This document shows, one piece after another, positions 23,698 to 34,810 of a stretch of 64,000 bases of DNA. Position 1 is the stretch's first letter. Every line of letters starts with the position of its first letter. Below the pieces are notes generated by a model, which made no database searches, was not told the origin of the DNA, and saw only the letters and a program-made list of their open reading frames with translations. Source of the DNA: Perna viridis (Eukaryota); assembly GCA_037379345.1 (NCBI GenBank), contig CM074512.1, positions 50,985,597 through 51,049,596 of the forward strand, read 5' to 3'. A program made the translations under genes and the position numbers.

Positions 23698-24702
23698 TTA
23701 AACATTCATGGCGATGCGTTCTACATTGGTTGGGTTGGTTGCGAATGTAATGTTGTACCAAAGGTCAAACTGCTTTTACCCAATATGATATTGAGTCAAG
23801 TTCTGGTTACTTGTCCTTCTTTGTCAACACTGTTGCATAATCTTCGACTGCGTCCATTAGGATTTTAAAACTATAACTTTTACATTTTTTTAAAGCAAAG
23901 GACTATCACGAAAAATCTCGCAGAGTTTCAATTAACATGTACTCGTCTGATTTAAAGCTGTATGACAATATTTAAGTAGTATACATAAGAATCATGGAAA
24001 ATGTAGTTCATGGTTGGAAAGCCTACATATTTTAATATTTGATAATTTGTTTAAAATGTTATAGTTAACAGAAAATAGCATGTTCACAGGTGATAAAATT
24101 ATATAGAATGTACTGTAGAATTCTAATTTAAGGGAGATAACTCTGTAAATGGCACTAAATACAATAGAAACTATTGGATTTTCCACGTGGATGATTTCGT
24201 TAGAGTAGACAGTTTGGAATAAATAATTATTTATTTCATCAGATAGACCTATAAAGCAACTGAATAACAAAAATATAAATATGTAGCCTTTTTAGGTATA
24301 TCACATTAACAGAATTTGCATGATAATTACAAAGACTACTACTTAAATATCCTATTATTTACCCATTACAATTGACTAAATAAACTAACAGTGGGAAAAT
24401 TATACAAATCCAAATCTGCAGTTTTAAATGTGCTATAAGGGCCGGGTGACTTGTTTAGAAATTATAACATTATTAAGAAAAGTTAACCAACAACGTTCTA
24501 CACATCTTGAATTTTATAAATAAGCTCGAGCTAACAGAACAAGAGAGAAAAGCCATAAATCTAAGTTAGCTATACAGGCAGTTCAATTAAAACCAACAAA
24601 ACATTTAGACGAAGAGAAGTGTTTCCAATTATCCAGTTATCAATTCTCTTTACATCGCAGACAAAAAGGCAATACCAGCTTATATCAACTTTGAACATCG
24701 TA

Positions 24703-24746
24703 AACGAGGAATTCCCAGTAAGCGCGAGTCATAAGCTCGCGTTGAT

Positions 24747-24791
<45 letters not shown>

Positions 24792-25016
24792 CGGCGATTT
24801 AGTGAGCGCCTCGGACAAACTCCAAGGCAGCTCCAGTTCCGTACCGTTGACATTCCTCCACTATTCTGGAATGGCAAAAGTAGTGCAGGCATGGAAGAGA
24901 CCAATGCTCCGGAGTTTGCGCCTCGGATTGGACCCGGAAAGATCGGCAACGACCGTACCGCTGTGTGCCGAAAAGACGTGCAAACTTGTTCTCCTAGAGC
25001 AAAGAAAAGTCGTAAC
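24703..25016 (+). pseudogene. Dispersed 18S rRNA 3'-end fragment (V9/helix 44 region), interrupted by a MITE
   Basis: AACGAGGAATTCCCAGTAAGCGCGAGTCATAAGCTCGCGTTGATTACGTCCCTGCCCTTTGTACACACCGCCCGTCGCTACTACCGATT ... AAAAGTCGTAAC are hallmark eukaryotic SSU motifs; flanks are unrelated AT-rich DNA. Confidence 0.95.
24816..24918. mobile_element. 103-bp MITE with 8-bp TIR and 9-bp TSD
   Basis: cgcctcgga|CAAACTCC...GGAGTTTG|cgcctcgga; second copy in reverse orientation at 39789-39883. Confidence 0.92.
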
Positions 25017-26076
25017 TTCAAATGTTTGTACAATATGTTTTATATATTGATGGATTGGTTTCAATTAAAATCAATTTGATAACTAGTGTACTTGGTTTTT
25101 TTTATTTAAAGGTTTCATTTTTATGATACTTGTGGTATTTGGAAGCGTAACATTGCATTGATGTGTGTCTAAAAGTCATCGTGTTATTCCAATAATTAAG
25201 GCATGTCATTTGGTGTGTTGTGTCCATATTTTGCTATTAAAATTATAATGGAATCGGAGACAGTTTCATTGAATGTATTAGAAATTTGTAAAAGTATAAA
25301 ACTAATTGAATTAAAAAGAATGACTATTAAAAAATGTTAAAAAAAATCTTCGTTGAACATGACAATTTGTTGTAATTGAAGTAAAGAAAATAATAAGACA
25401 AATGAGAAGAACCCTGAAGAACTTTACCCACAAGGCACAAAACATTACATTACCACCAAAAGCGCGCAGCAAACATGAAATTGAATCGACAGGTGTCTGA
25501 GCATAAGTCTTGCTTCTGGTACAACCCATTATTTAAGCTACATACTAAAATCTAAAGAGTCTTGTGTAGGTTTGCCGCAAATTTTATGGTATAAAATTAT
25601 AAAACCCTCTAAACCATGACATGTGTAAAACAGGTCGCTTATGCACGACAAAACCGAAAGTATCACATTATTACCTATCAGGGAGAAGTTGCATATCATA
25701 TGCTGAACGTTTCCCATGAAAGATCGACAAAATTTCTCAGAAGGAAAGATTTTCACGTGTAAGCCAAACTGATAAAAAGTTAAAATAAGAGGAACTCGAA
25801 TATGAAATTGCAACATCATTTTCAAATGAAGTCTACCTCTGTTTCGCTACTTTAATGCATTTTTTAGAAGAAATAATCGTCCTTTTGACGAGGAACATGC
25901 AAAGTTGGTAGTACTTTACCACGGTTACACAATTAACTTCACACTTTCGAGAATTACAGCCCTATTAAAAATAAGCATAAATTGCATTTTTGTTACAGTT
26001 GGTATGAAATTATGAGGGTCAAGGTGTATGATTTTGTTGTATCGTCGAGCTGTACTAAAAAACCATCCAGAAAAAA

Positions 26077-26580
26077 GTTTGTTTGTTTGTTTGTTGGGGT
26101 TTAACGTCCGAGCAGCAATATTTCAGCTATATTCAGACGATGAACATGAAATTGATGATAAAATGAACATGAAATGATGATGAAATGAAAAAGGGATGGG
26201 ACACAAGGACAATGGGGTCGACAAATTTTGATTCCCACAGGAAATAGGGAGAGATGGGTAGCATCCTGTGGCGGAGCCCTATGGTTCCTACTCCGGGAGA
26301 ATACCACAGTAGGGTTCTTTAACGTGCGAGGAACGTGACATCTTTCCCAACACGGTGCACCACTATGGTTTGCGGTCAGGTTTTCCGTATTATAGCCTGA
26401 CAACCCCAGCATGTAACACGCTAGGGGTACCCCATTCCACCACCTGGGGCACACATCCCAGTTGCTCTGTGGGCAGAGCGCCCTAGCCCCCGGCTAAGGT
26501 TCTGGGCACTATGTAGTCGCCTTTTACGACAAGCTTAGCGCTGCTGCAGGCCTATTCTTTTAACACCGGACCTGCACGGG
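26077..26580 (-). mobile_element. SINE-like element, copy 2
   Basis: Near-identical to 7697-8196 apart from two short indels and a few substitutions; (GTTT)n tail on the left. Confidence 0.8.
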
Positions 26581-26729
26581 GAGAAAAAAAAAGTAATTTG
26601 AGATAGGAGAAACAGATACGATCAACATTATACCATATGAAACCTAACCTATATAAAATGAAAAAAACAAAACAAAACTAAATATCATTAACTTAATTAT
26701 GGTCATAGCGTAGATCTATGTATCGTCGT

Positions 26730-27165
26730 AGAATAATCAAGGGAACCAGGTTTGGGTTATAGCGATAATAAAAATGTAATCCAGGGACAAAGGCCAGACA
26801 TGGAAAACAGACATACAAAAGACAACAAAGAACATGAAGTAACTAAAATCATTCATACAAAGTAACAAAAGCAAATAAGCAACTCGGACTCCACTAAAAA
26901 CTGGGAGCATGAACCAGGTGCACCGGTAGTGTAAGCGTCCTCTGCTTTTCTAAAAATACCCGCCGAGTTGCACATAAAAAGTCAAGTCCGTGGTAGACGA
27001 AACAGGAAGAAAAAACTATGACACGTTGCATAAATCAGTTTTCATGGTGCAGATGGATACACCATAACGATCCACGAGTACATGATGACGACCATAAAAC
27101 TTCCGTAGTGATGACTTCAATCTTGTAATCTTGTAGCAATATAACCCTGTTCCAGAAGCTTATTG
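26730..27165 (-). mobile_element. 5'-truncated Penelope-like element (RT C-terminus plus 3' UTR)
   Basis: Collinear with 43789-44200 including catgatgacgaccataaaact (KFYGRHH). Confidence 0.85.
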
Positions 27166-27626
27166 TTATATTAAACTGTGTCTCCAACAAACAAGTAATG
27201 TTTTGCATATTGTTATACCAACATGGTGGTATTGCTTTATCAATTATGAATTGTACTTTTTAAATACGAACATTGTATGTTTCTCAGTTTAAAATATATT
27301 TTAACAAATAGAAAACCAAAATGCGATGTATTTCATATTTTACAACCTTCTTTATTACCTTTAAAATCTAACTAGCTTTGTTTCCCTTTTATTCTGTTTT
27401 GTCATAAATTTCGTCAAAAATAAGATTCAATTTAGCATTAGTCCTTTAAGTAAAATATTTCAAACATATTTGATGTCATAACATTTTGCAAGTACCTCAG
27501 TCAAATAATTACTGAAATTATAAAATAATTTGAATTTAATTTTATGTTCAATTCAATAAAGATGGATAGGTTATTTTGACCTTTCTGTTGTTCGAACGGT
27601 TTGTCATTTTGATTTCTGCACTAAAG

Positions 27627-27927
27627 TTGACCAAAAATTGATCAATCGGGCAAAAACATCTTATTTTAACAAATCAAATATAATTAACATAACCAAAAAG
27701 TGCATTATTACCGTGTTTAACAAAGATTAAAGATGTGTAATCGATATTTGAAATGTATACTAATTAGTATTTGTTCAAAATAGGAAGTTCCGCAAGAACA
27801 CAGCGGTAAAATTCGTATATGATTAATGGTCAAATTATCGGATAGAAGGTGGGAAATGGTCTAAATCTTTGTATAAAAGTAAGACCTTAAAAGATATCTC
27901 GGCACAGAAAGAATAACTTCTAAAAAG
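27627..27927 (+). promoter_or_regulatory. Promoter and non-coding exon 1 of cluster gene C
   Basis: TATAAAA at 27872; exon ends AAG|gttagt at 27927; upstream gaccaaaaattgat and tttgaaatgtatactaat blocks match A and B. Confidence 0.62.
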
Positions 27928-28112
27928 GTTAGTATTCCTTAATGAAAATAACAGCACGTTTAGCGCAAAGAATTGTTCATAGACTTTCTTTATCTATAAC
28001 AAAACTATCTATAGGAAAACGTTGATATATTTTCAAAGATATCGGATATGACTTTTCATGCCTATTTTGTAAGTAGTTCATTGTCTTTTGTCTTTTTATT
28101 TAGGTCACTACA

Positions 28113-29013
28113 ATGAGGACTCTGATTTGTTTTGCTTTCGTCTTTACCGCTGTTTACGGCGCCGGGTTTCCTTACCGTCCTCAGGTTGGTGGAGGAAATG
28201 TAGGTCCCGGTCCAGGATGGGGTGCTGATCCAGGTAACATGGGAGGTGATCCAGGAGCTGCTGGTTGGAACGGTCCAAATGTATTCCAAGATCCAGGACT
28301 TCAAGGAGGAGTTGCACCTGCAAATCCCGCTGGTGGCAGTGGTACTACTGTTGACATAGCAACGGTAATAACTGCTTTAATAGATGCAGTTGCACAAAGC
28401 AAACAGACTGGACCTGATCCAGGCAGTGATATGTTGACGGGTGGTGCCGGTGGCGCGCCAGGAGGGGGACAGCCTGGTGGTCCTGGATGGCAAGATCCTG
28501 CAGGTATGGCAGCTATGGCAGGTATGGGTGGAGCTGATCCAGGATGGCAGGACCCTGGAAATATGGGAGCTGCAGGCCTAGTAGGAATGGGGCCAAGTGG
28601 TCCAGAAATGGAAGTAGCTGTTCTTCCTTTAATGGGAGGAGGAGGTGCTGGCGGAGGCGGGCCCGATATGGGAATGGGACCGGGAGGTGCTTTAGGAGGA
28701 CCAAATTGGCAGGAAGGACCTATGGATCCATTTGAAGGTGCTGCAGATCCACAGGGTCCAAATGTATGTATAGTACTACCAAGTACAATATGTAATACAT
28801 TTTTAAATGTTACTTGAAAAAAAAATACTGTAAACTTTCTACTTTTCTTTTAAATAACTTAATCGTTTACTCTGAAATAAGATGCTGTCAAATACGTTTA
28901 GATTGTTAGTACGTAAAAATTTCTCATTGATGAGTAGTAGCTGTCTGAGGTATCACACAGCATATAGAACAGCATGACTATAACGAGAACAGATATGGAC
29001 TACTTTGTGTAAA

Positions 29014-29063
<50 letters not shown>

Positions 29064-30376
29064 ATTGAATATAACATTTCACGCTCTATTCAGGAGTTAG
29101 CTGGACCAGGAGGAGATCCTATGGCTGGTGGACCGGGAAGTGCCTATGGTTACGTAAGTAATTTGTAGTTTTATCAAAGCTACAAAATGTGTTTTTTCTT
29201 TATCCATGAATCTGTTTTATAACTTGTTCGAATAATATTTAGAGTAGAGACCCCTGATCATGCACTTTTCGGAAGTAAACAGTGTGATAGTTATTGTTCA
29301 CAGTGTGGTACGAATTTGCCAGAGAACAATTAAGACTAAAATTATTTTAAATGTCAGTTTCTTACAAAATTGTCTTCTCGAGATTTTTCCTCTAAAATGA
29401 TTGTGTTTTAATAGTTTTCGACTACATGTAGTGCCTGTTTAGTTTTCAAAACTTTTTGTCAACTTAGTTTTGAATTATCAGGTATGATGCTAAATGTATT
29501 CCGGTTAAAACTATAATACTATGTTATTTTGTAGCAAAAACAACCATACGGAAAACCAAAAACTTACGGTAAATCATATGGGAAACCTTATGCTAAACCA
29601 TACGCAAAACCACAATATGGAAAACCAAAATATGGAAAACCCCAATATGGAAAGAAGTACGCTAAACCACTGTACGCAAAGGTTTACAAGAAAGTCTATG
29701 CAAAGGTAAGTGCTATAAATAGGTCAGTGAATGTTTAGAAGATAAATATATTTCTACATTACGCATTAATTAATAAGATTAGAGTATACACCTTGGTACA
29801 TCATTCTTAAACAGTTAAAATTTTACAATGATCAGTTGAACTAAGACTGAAGACATAATTTCGAAGTTTGTTTTCTATGAGGCTCAGATTTGTTCATTTG
29901 AATGTTATTTTATATGGAATATTCTATATATCGACTTAATTTTCCATTTCTGGCCATTTACAACAAACCTTATTGATCTCATTAATGGTTTGTTTTTGTA
30001 ATATTTCAGCAAAAAAAGGTAAGTAAATTGCATAACCACGTGACTTATTCAGATAGCAATATAAAAGTAATAGATATTCATAAGTTGGCATTGAGTTTCA
30101 GATTTAATGATAAGAAAATTATTATTATGCATTGATATGACCCTTTATAGAAGTATCATACATGCAAACTAATTCAACTTCAAAAGAACCCTGAAAGTCA
30201 TCAGAAAACCTACCTAAGGATTACAACTTTTTATCAGACAGAAATAGGATTTTCAAAAGGTTCACACCATTTTACTTGACAAAAAACAAGCACTGCAAAA
30301 AATGGCATAATCATACTTTACTTTGTCCGTGGTTTCTAATTACAGTTTTGTTTTGTTTTTCTAGGGAGGATACTAA
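28113..30376 (+). CDS. Cluster gene C: secreted Gly/Pro/Met/Trp acidic + Lys/Tyr/Pro basic diblock protein, ~300 aa; coding exons 28113-28763, 29094-29153, 29535-29705, 30010-30018, 30365-30376
   Basis: Signal MRTLICFAFVFTAVYGA; motif VDIATVITALIDAV; PN|gtatgt; ELAGPGGDPMAGGPGSAYGY; QKQPYGKPKTYGKSYGKPYAKPYAKPQY...VYAK; microexon QKK; GGY*; AATAAA at 30432. Confidence 0.88.
29019..29060. repeat. (TA)21 microsatellite in an intron of gene C
   Basis: Direct inspection. Confidence 0.95.
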
Positions 30377-31119
30377 GATAATAGACTGACAGACGAGGAT
30401 AATCATGTCTAATCCACTACTTAAGTCTTTCAATAAACAATCTTTGTGCAACAGATCATCTTATTCTGTTTTATTTTTTTTTTTATTTTTTTTTGTTTCT
30501 GCATCAGTCACAAAAGTACATAGGTTATACAATAACCTTTACTGCCAATCAATATAAAATTCAGGCACTGCCTGTGGTAGAAATGACTCGCATTGTTGAA
30601 AAACTCATCGAACAGTGTTTTCTTCCGGTCTGCATACACTATCCTTTCTGTATTCAGACCTGCATTTTTTAAAATATTTTTTTAAGAAAACCATACAAAA
30701 TCAACCTAATCAAGAATGAATTCTTGAAAAGTATCAATCATAAATAAACTATCAAAATGTATGTCATACGTACAACAGCAGAAGACAAACTAAATCTGGT
30801 TTTAAAGTAGTCAGTAACTGTTTCGGAATCAGAAATAAAAATGAACTTAGTAGGTTTCGGTTTGGCAAAAAAAATATGAAACATATCGTATTCGTATGAT
30901 TTTGTTTTGTTTTGTTTTGTTTTATTTATTTATTGGTTTGATTGAACATCGTGATGACATATATAAAACAGTGGTACATACATACGTATACTGTTGCAAA
31001 TATCCGAAGTGTCTTTTATATTGAGAGTATCACGTGTTGTATAGGTATCTAAAGACTACATGTAAATAATGCTCAATCCAACATTTACAATAGTAAGTAT
31101 ACTTTCCACAAGTGACAAG

Positions 31120-34100
31120 TCACATGAACTCTTCGTCGGTATAGGCCGATCCCATGTCGGAATACATTCCATTTAAGTCGTCCTCTGGAAAATCGTCCTC
31201 CGGAAAATCTTCTTCATAGGTATCATCAGATGATAAACTGCTTTCGTCGTTATACTTGTTGTCGGCATTAGTACCAACATTATGGAACTCTCTTCTTTGC
31301 CGCCTTCTACAATTTATGGCTGGCATTACTGCTGATCCATTTCGTTTGTCATGAGGAACAGTCTTCCTTGATGATTTCACTTCTCTTTTTCCGCTTTTAG
31401 TCTGGTTGCTGTCTTGAATAGGTGGCAGGATTGCGGGTTTGTGGTATGCTCTGGGATGCCCTTTAGGGAAGAAATCTTTGTCGTAAATGTCTGTCGAAGC
31501 TGAAATAGAACCTCGAGGATAATTTGATCTTCTTGTTTCCGATTTCATGCTAGCCTTTAAACTTTTAGTAAATCTTGCAAAATGAATGATTTTCTGGAAG
31601 CGCTTCTTAGCATGCAGTTGCTTTTGATATGGTAACAAGTCTTCTAGAGTAAAGCCGTTTTTCTCGAGCAATTCTTCGACGGTTTTATTGCTGACAGGAT
31701 CCTTAGCAATAAGTGAGGCCTGCCCCTGCTGGAAGAGAATTCGAGCGCACGATATGTATCCATGTTTGGCTGCAACCAACATAGGAGTGTACCCATCTCT
31801 GTTTACAGCATCAACTTTTAGACCTAACCTCCGAAAATGTCGCATCAACGTATTGACACCAATGTCATTTCCAACCATTGCGCAATACATTAAAGGACTG
31901 TTACCTGAAATATAAAGTGGGGGGGGACTTTTAACTCAGCTTTCACTACTTTTAATTCCATCATTATGTTTAGAATTAGGCTGATGCTGTATTCAGTCTG
32001 TTGGTTCGGTCTTAATAACTTTTACTGCCAACGGAGAGCAGTTTTTTTTTAAATGTGTTTACTTTATGTCTTGATTGCAGTGCTCAGTGGATAAAAATGA
32101 AGCATAACAGAGACTGGTATATTCTAAATCGTGTTTGTTTTGGAAAGTTATTTGTTTTTTACATTTACCTCATTCAATCTGTTAAGATGATTAATTAAAC
32201 GATTATGTTCTTATTGTGTTTTACTTTCATCGCCTTTTTTGTGATTCTATTTGCTATGGCAAGTCGATATGCTATCATTTTTTTTCAAATAGAAAAACAT
32301 TAATTTTATTCATATTAATAAAATTATATAATTTTAATTATTATAAGTCTAACAATAATGTAATCACATTTTCACTGTTTGTTTTCGTTGGTTGTGCAAC
32401 ATAAGACTGAAGGAAACATTTCATAGGACTTTACTTCCGTGTTTCCCTTTGTGCGTCTTCGAAAATTCCAGCTTAAAACGCCAGTACTTATTTTCTTGAA
32501 GTCCGACACGAAGGATAATCAAAATGTAAAGAACTATGGTTCTGAATAGATATCGTGTATTTTAGTGTCATTACCTTTATCATCGTGCAACTCTGGATCA
32601 ACATCGCTCTGTTTAACGAATATATCCACGAGATCATTACATCTTTTCTCGCATGCGTGGCTTAGAGGGGTTCGGTGGTGGTCGTCGGACAGGTTTATGT
32701 CTGCACCATGATACAACAATAGCCTAGTTACCGATGTTCTTCTAAACTCTTCCTGATAATATAAGAGAATGTTGCTTTGACAAGACAGTAAAAATGAAAA
32801 CAGTTTATACTGAAAATTATTGTAAGAACTAGATTTTCTAGTATTGACGAGTTTCGTTACTTCATAACTTTTTTGAGTAATTACTGCTGCAGCTCCTTTG
32901 ACATAGTCTGCATGGTCGCTTGTGGATTTGGTTTTCTATTTTTATATTTTTGGTTGTGAGTACTTTTTGTATACAATTTATTTTTTAATCTTGAAATTCC
33001 CTAGTATTTGGCTCTAACGAGCGGTTACTATTTAAAACACATGTACATGATTAGTATTTCGTGTATTTTAGTTAATTGTTTTGTTTTTGTTGTTTTTTTT
33101 TCAACATAATTGAGAAGACCTATCAAAGAGTAATCAAGGAAACCAAGAATATAGCGGTAATCAAAAGAATGTAATCCAGAGACAAAGACCAGACATGGAA
33201 AACAGACATATACAACAAAGAACATAAAGTAACTAAAATCATACATACAAAGTAACAAAAGCAAATGAGCAACTTTGAGTCCACTAAAAACTGGGAGCAT
33301 GGACCAATAATATATATTATAAAATCAAAATATACCCTTTTGAATGCACAGTTAGTTGCTTCCCCAGGAAAACAAGCATTATTTAGAGGCAAACACCAGG
33401 CTCCTCGCAGCGGCAGACGTTCGTTTTGTTTCTCAATAACCGCTGCAGACAGGCCTTTCGAAATCCTCGGACATTATTCAAATTAAGCATCGTCAATATC
33501 ATAAGCGACCATAGGATTGCTAAAATAAAGACTCGGGTCACCAGCGGCGGATATGCACAATATATGAGTAAATTGCCGCTTATGAAATAAAATAAAGACA
33601 GATTAGATTATCTAAATTAACTCTGTAATTGTGCAATTATCAAAAGACGATGTAAGTAATTTGAAAAAAAAATATTTCAACGTATGTTTCTTTAAATTTG
33701 AATATAGATCCTTTTGTGGTAAGTTGGTGAGCATGCTCAATAGACATTACGCGAGGTAGGGCTTGGGTAGAACAAAAAAATTTTCCTCGCGGAAGTGTCT
33801 ATTGAGCATGTTCTACGCTTGTTCATCGACTACCCCACCGTTAGCACAAAAGGGTATATTAAAACGTATTAAAGTGAATAAAATAACGTCAAATTCGCTC
33901 AGTCAGTCAAAAGACAGAAGACGTCACTGGTGACCCGGGGTTACATTTGAGAGAAACATGTTGAACAAAAATATAGTGACTTTCGAACGTCAGACGCTGT
34001 TTGGAGCTTAGGCCAACACATGCACATACCTTGATAGAACAAACAACTATAAGAGCCGTCTTTCCATTGAAATCCCTTGCGTTTACGATATTTCCAGGTG

Positions 34101-34308
34101 CTGCCTCTAATATAAAACGAACCAGGTGTTGTTTGCCCTTTCTGATGGCATCAAACAGAACTCGTCCATCAGAATCATCTGGATATCTATCCTCCAGATT
34201 TGTACTCATTGCCTTGATTAAAGATCCAATGTATGTGAACTCGGATATGTCCACTGACTTTCTTGGTGTAGTCCTATCTTTCCTATATTTTTTGTTGATA
34301 TTGGACAT
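31120..34308 (-). CDS. Ankyrin-repeat protein, ANKRD63-like, ~413 aa; exons 34308-34030, 32752-32575, 31904-31120
   Basis: Phases 0 and 1 join in frame; ankyrin motifs GKTALI, RTPLSHAC, GNSPLMYCA, GYTPMLVAA; the segment HFRRLGLKVDAVNRDG resembles ANKRD63 (from memory); low-complexity basic then acidic tail. Confidence 0.85.
33704..33859. mobile_element. Foldback MITE-like element with nested inverted repeats, in an ankyrin-gene intron
   Basis: Outer atagatccttttgtggtaa / ttagcacaaaagggtatat; inner catgctcaatagaca..cgcgagg / cctcgcg..tgtctattgagcatg (33732-33810). Confidence 0.55.
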
Positions 34309-34810
34309 ATTTTGATGTATTTTATGGCTGTTTTTAAGACTTACTTATATGTATTCACGCAGAATATTGTTTGATCAGTGTGAAAGTATATAAAAAATAA
34401 TCAAATCACTGTTGTGGAGCTATGCAATACTAGAATTAAGGAGATACTTTCACGCTATATGAAATGCCATCTCCATTTCCTTAATTATATTTGTTAAAGT
34501 AACGGACATGGTCCTGCTGAGATAATGGAATTACAATTTTCTGACTTTCTGATATCAGTCATAAATCCTTACAATATGCAGTGGGAGGAATGTGATTTCA
34601 GCGGGTAATGTCAATTTTTGGATAATGGTTCGTTAAAGTGCTTCCTATGTAAAGTAGGTGTGTTGAGAAAACTGATTATACCAAGGAATGATTTCATTTA
34701 CAACACAAATTAATAAAACAAATACACAGCAAATGGCTACACTTATATTTTATTGCAAATTAGAAGCTTGTTTCCATGTATGTAAAGGGAAAGATAAACT
34801 GGTTATATAT

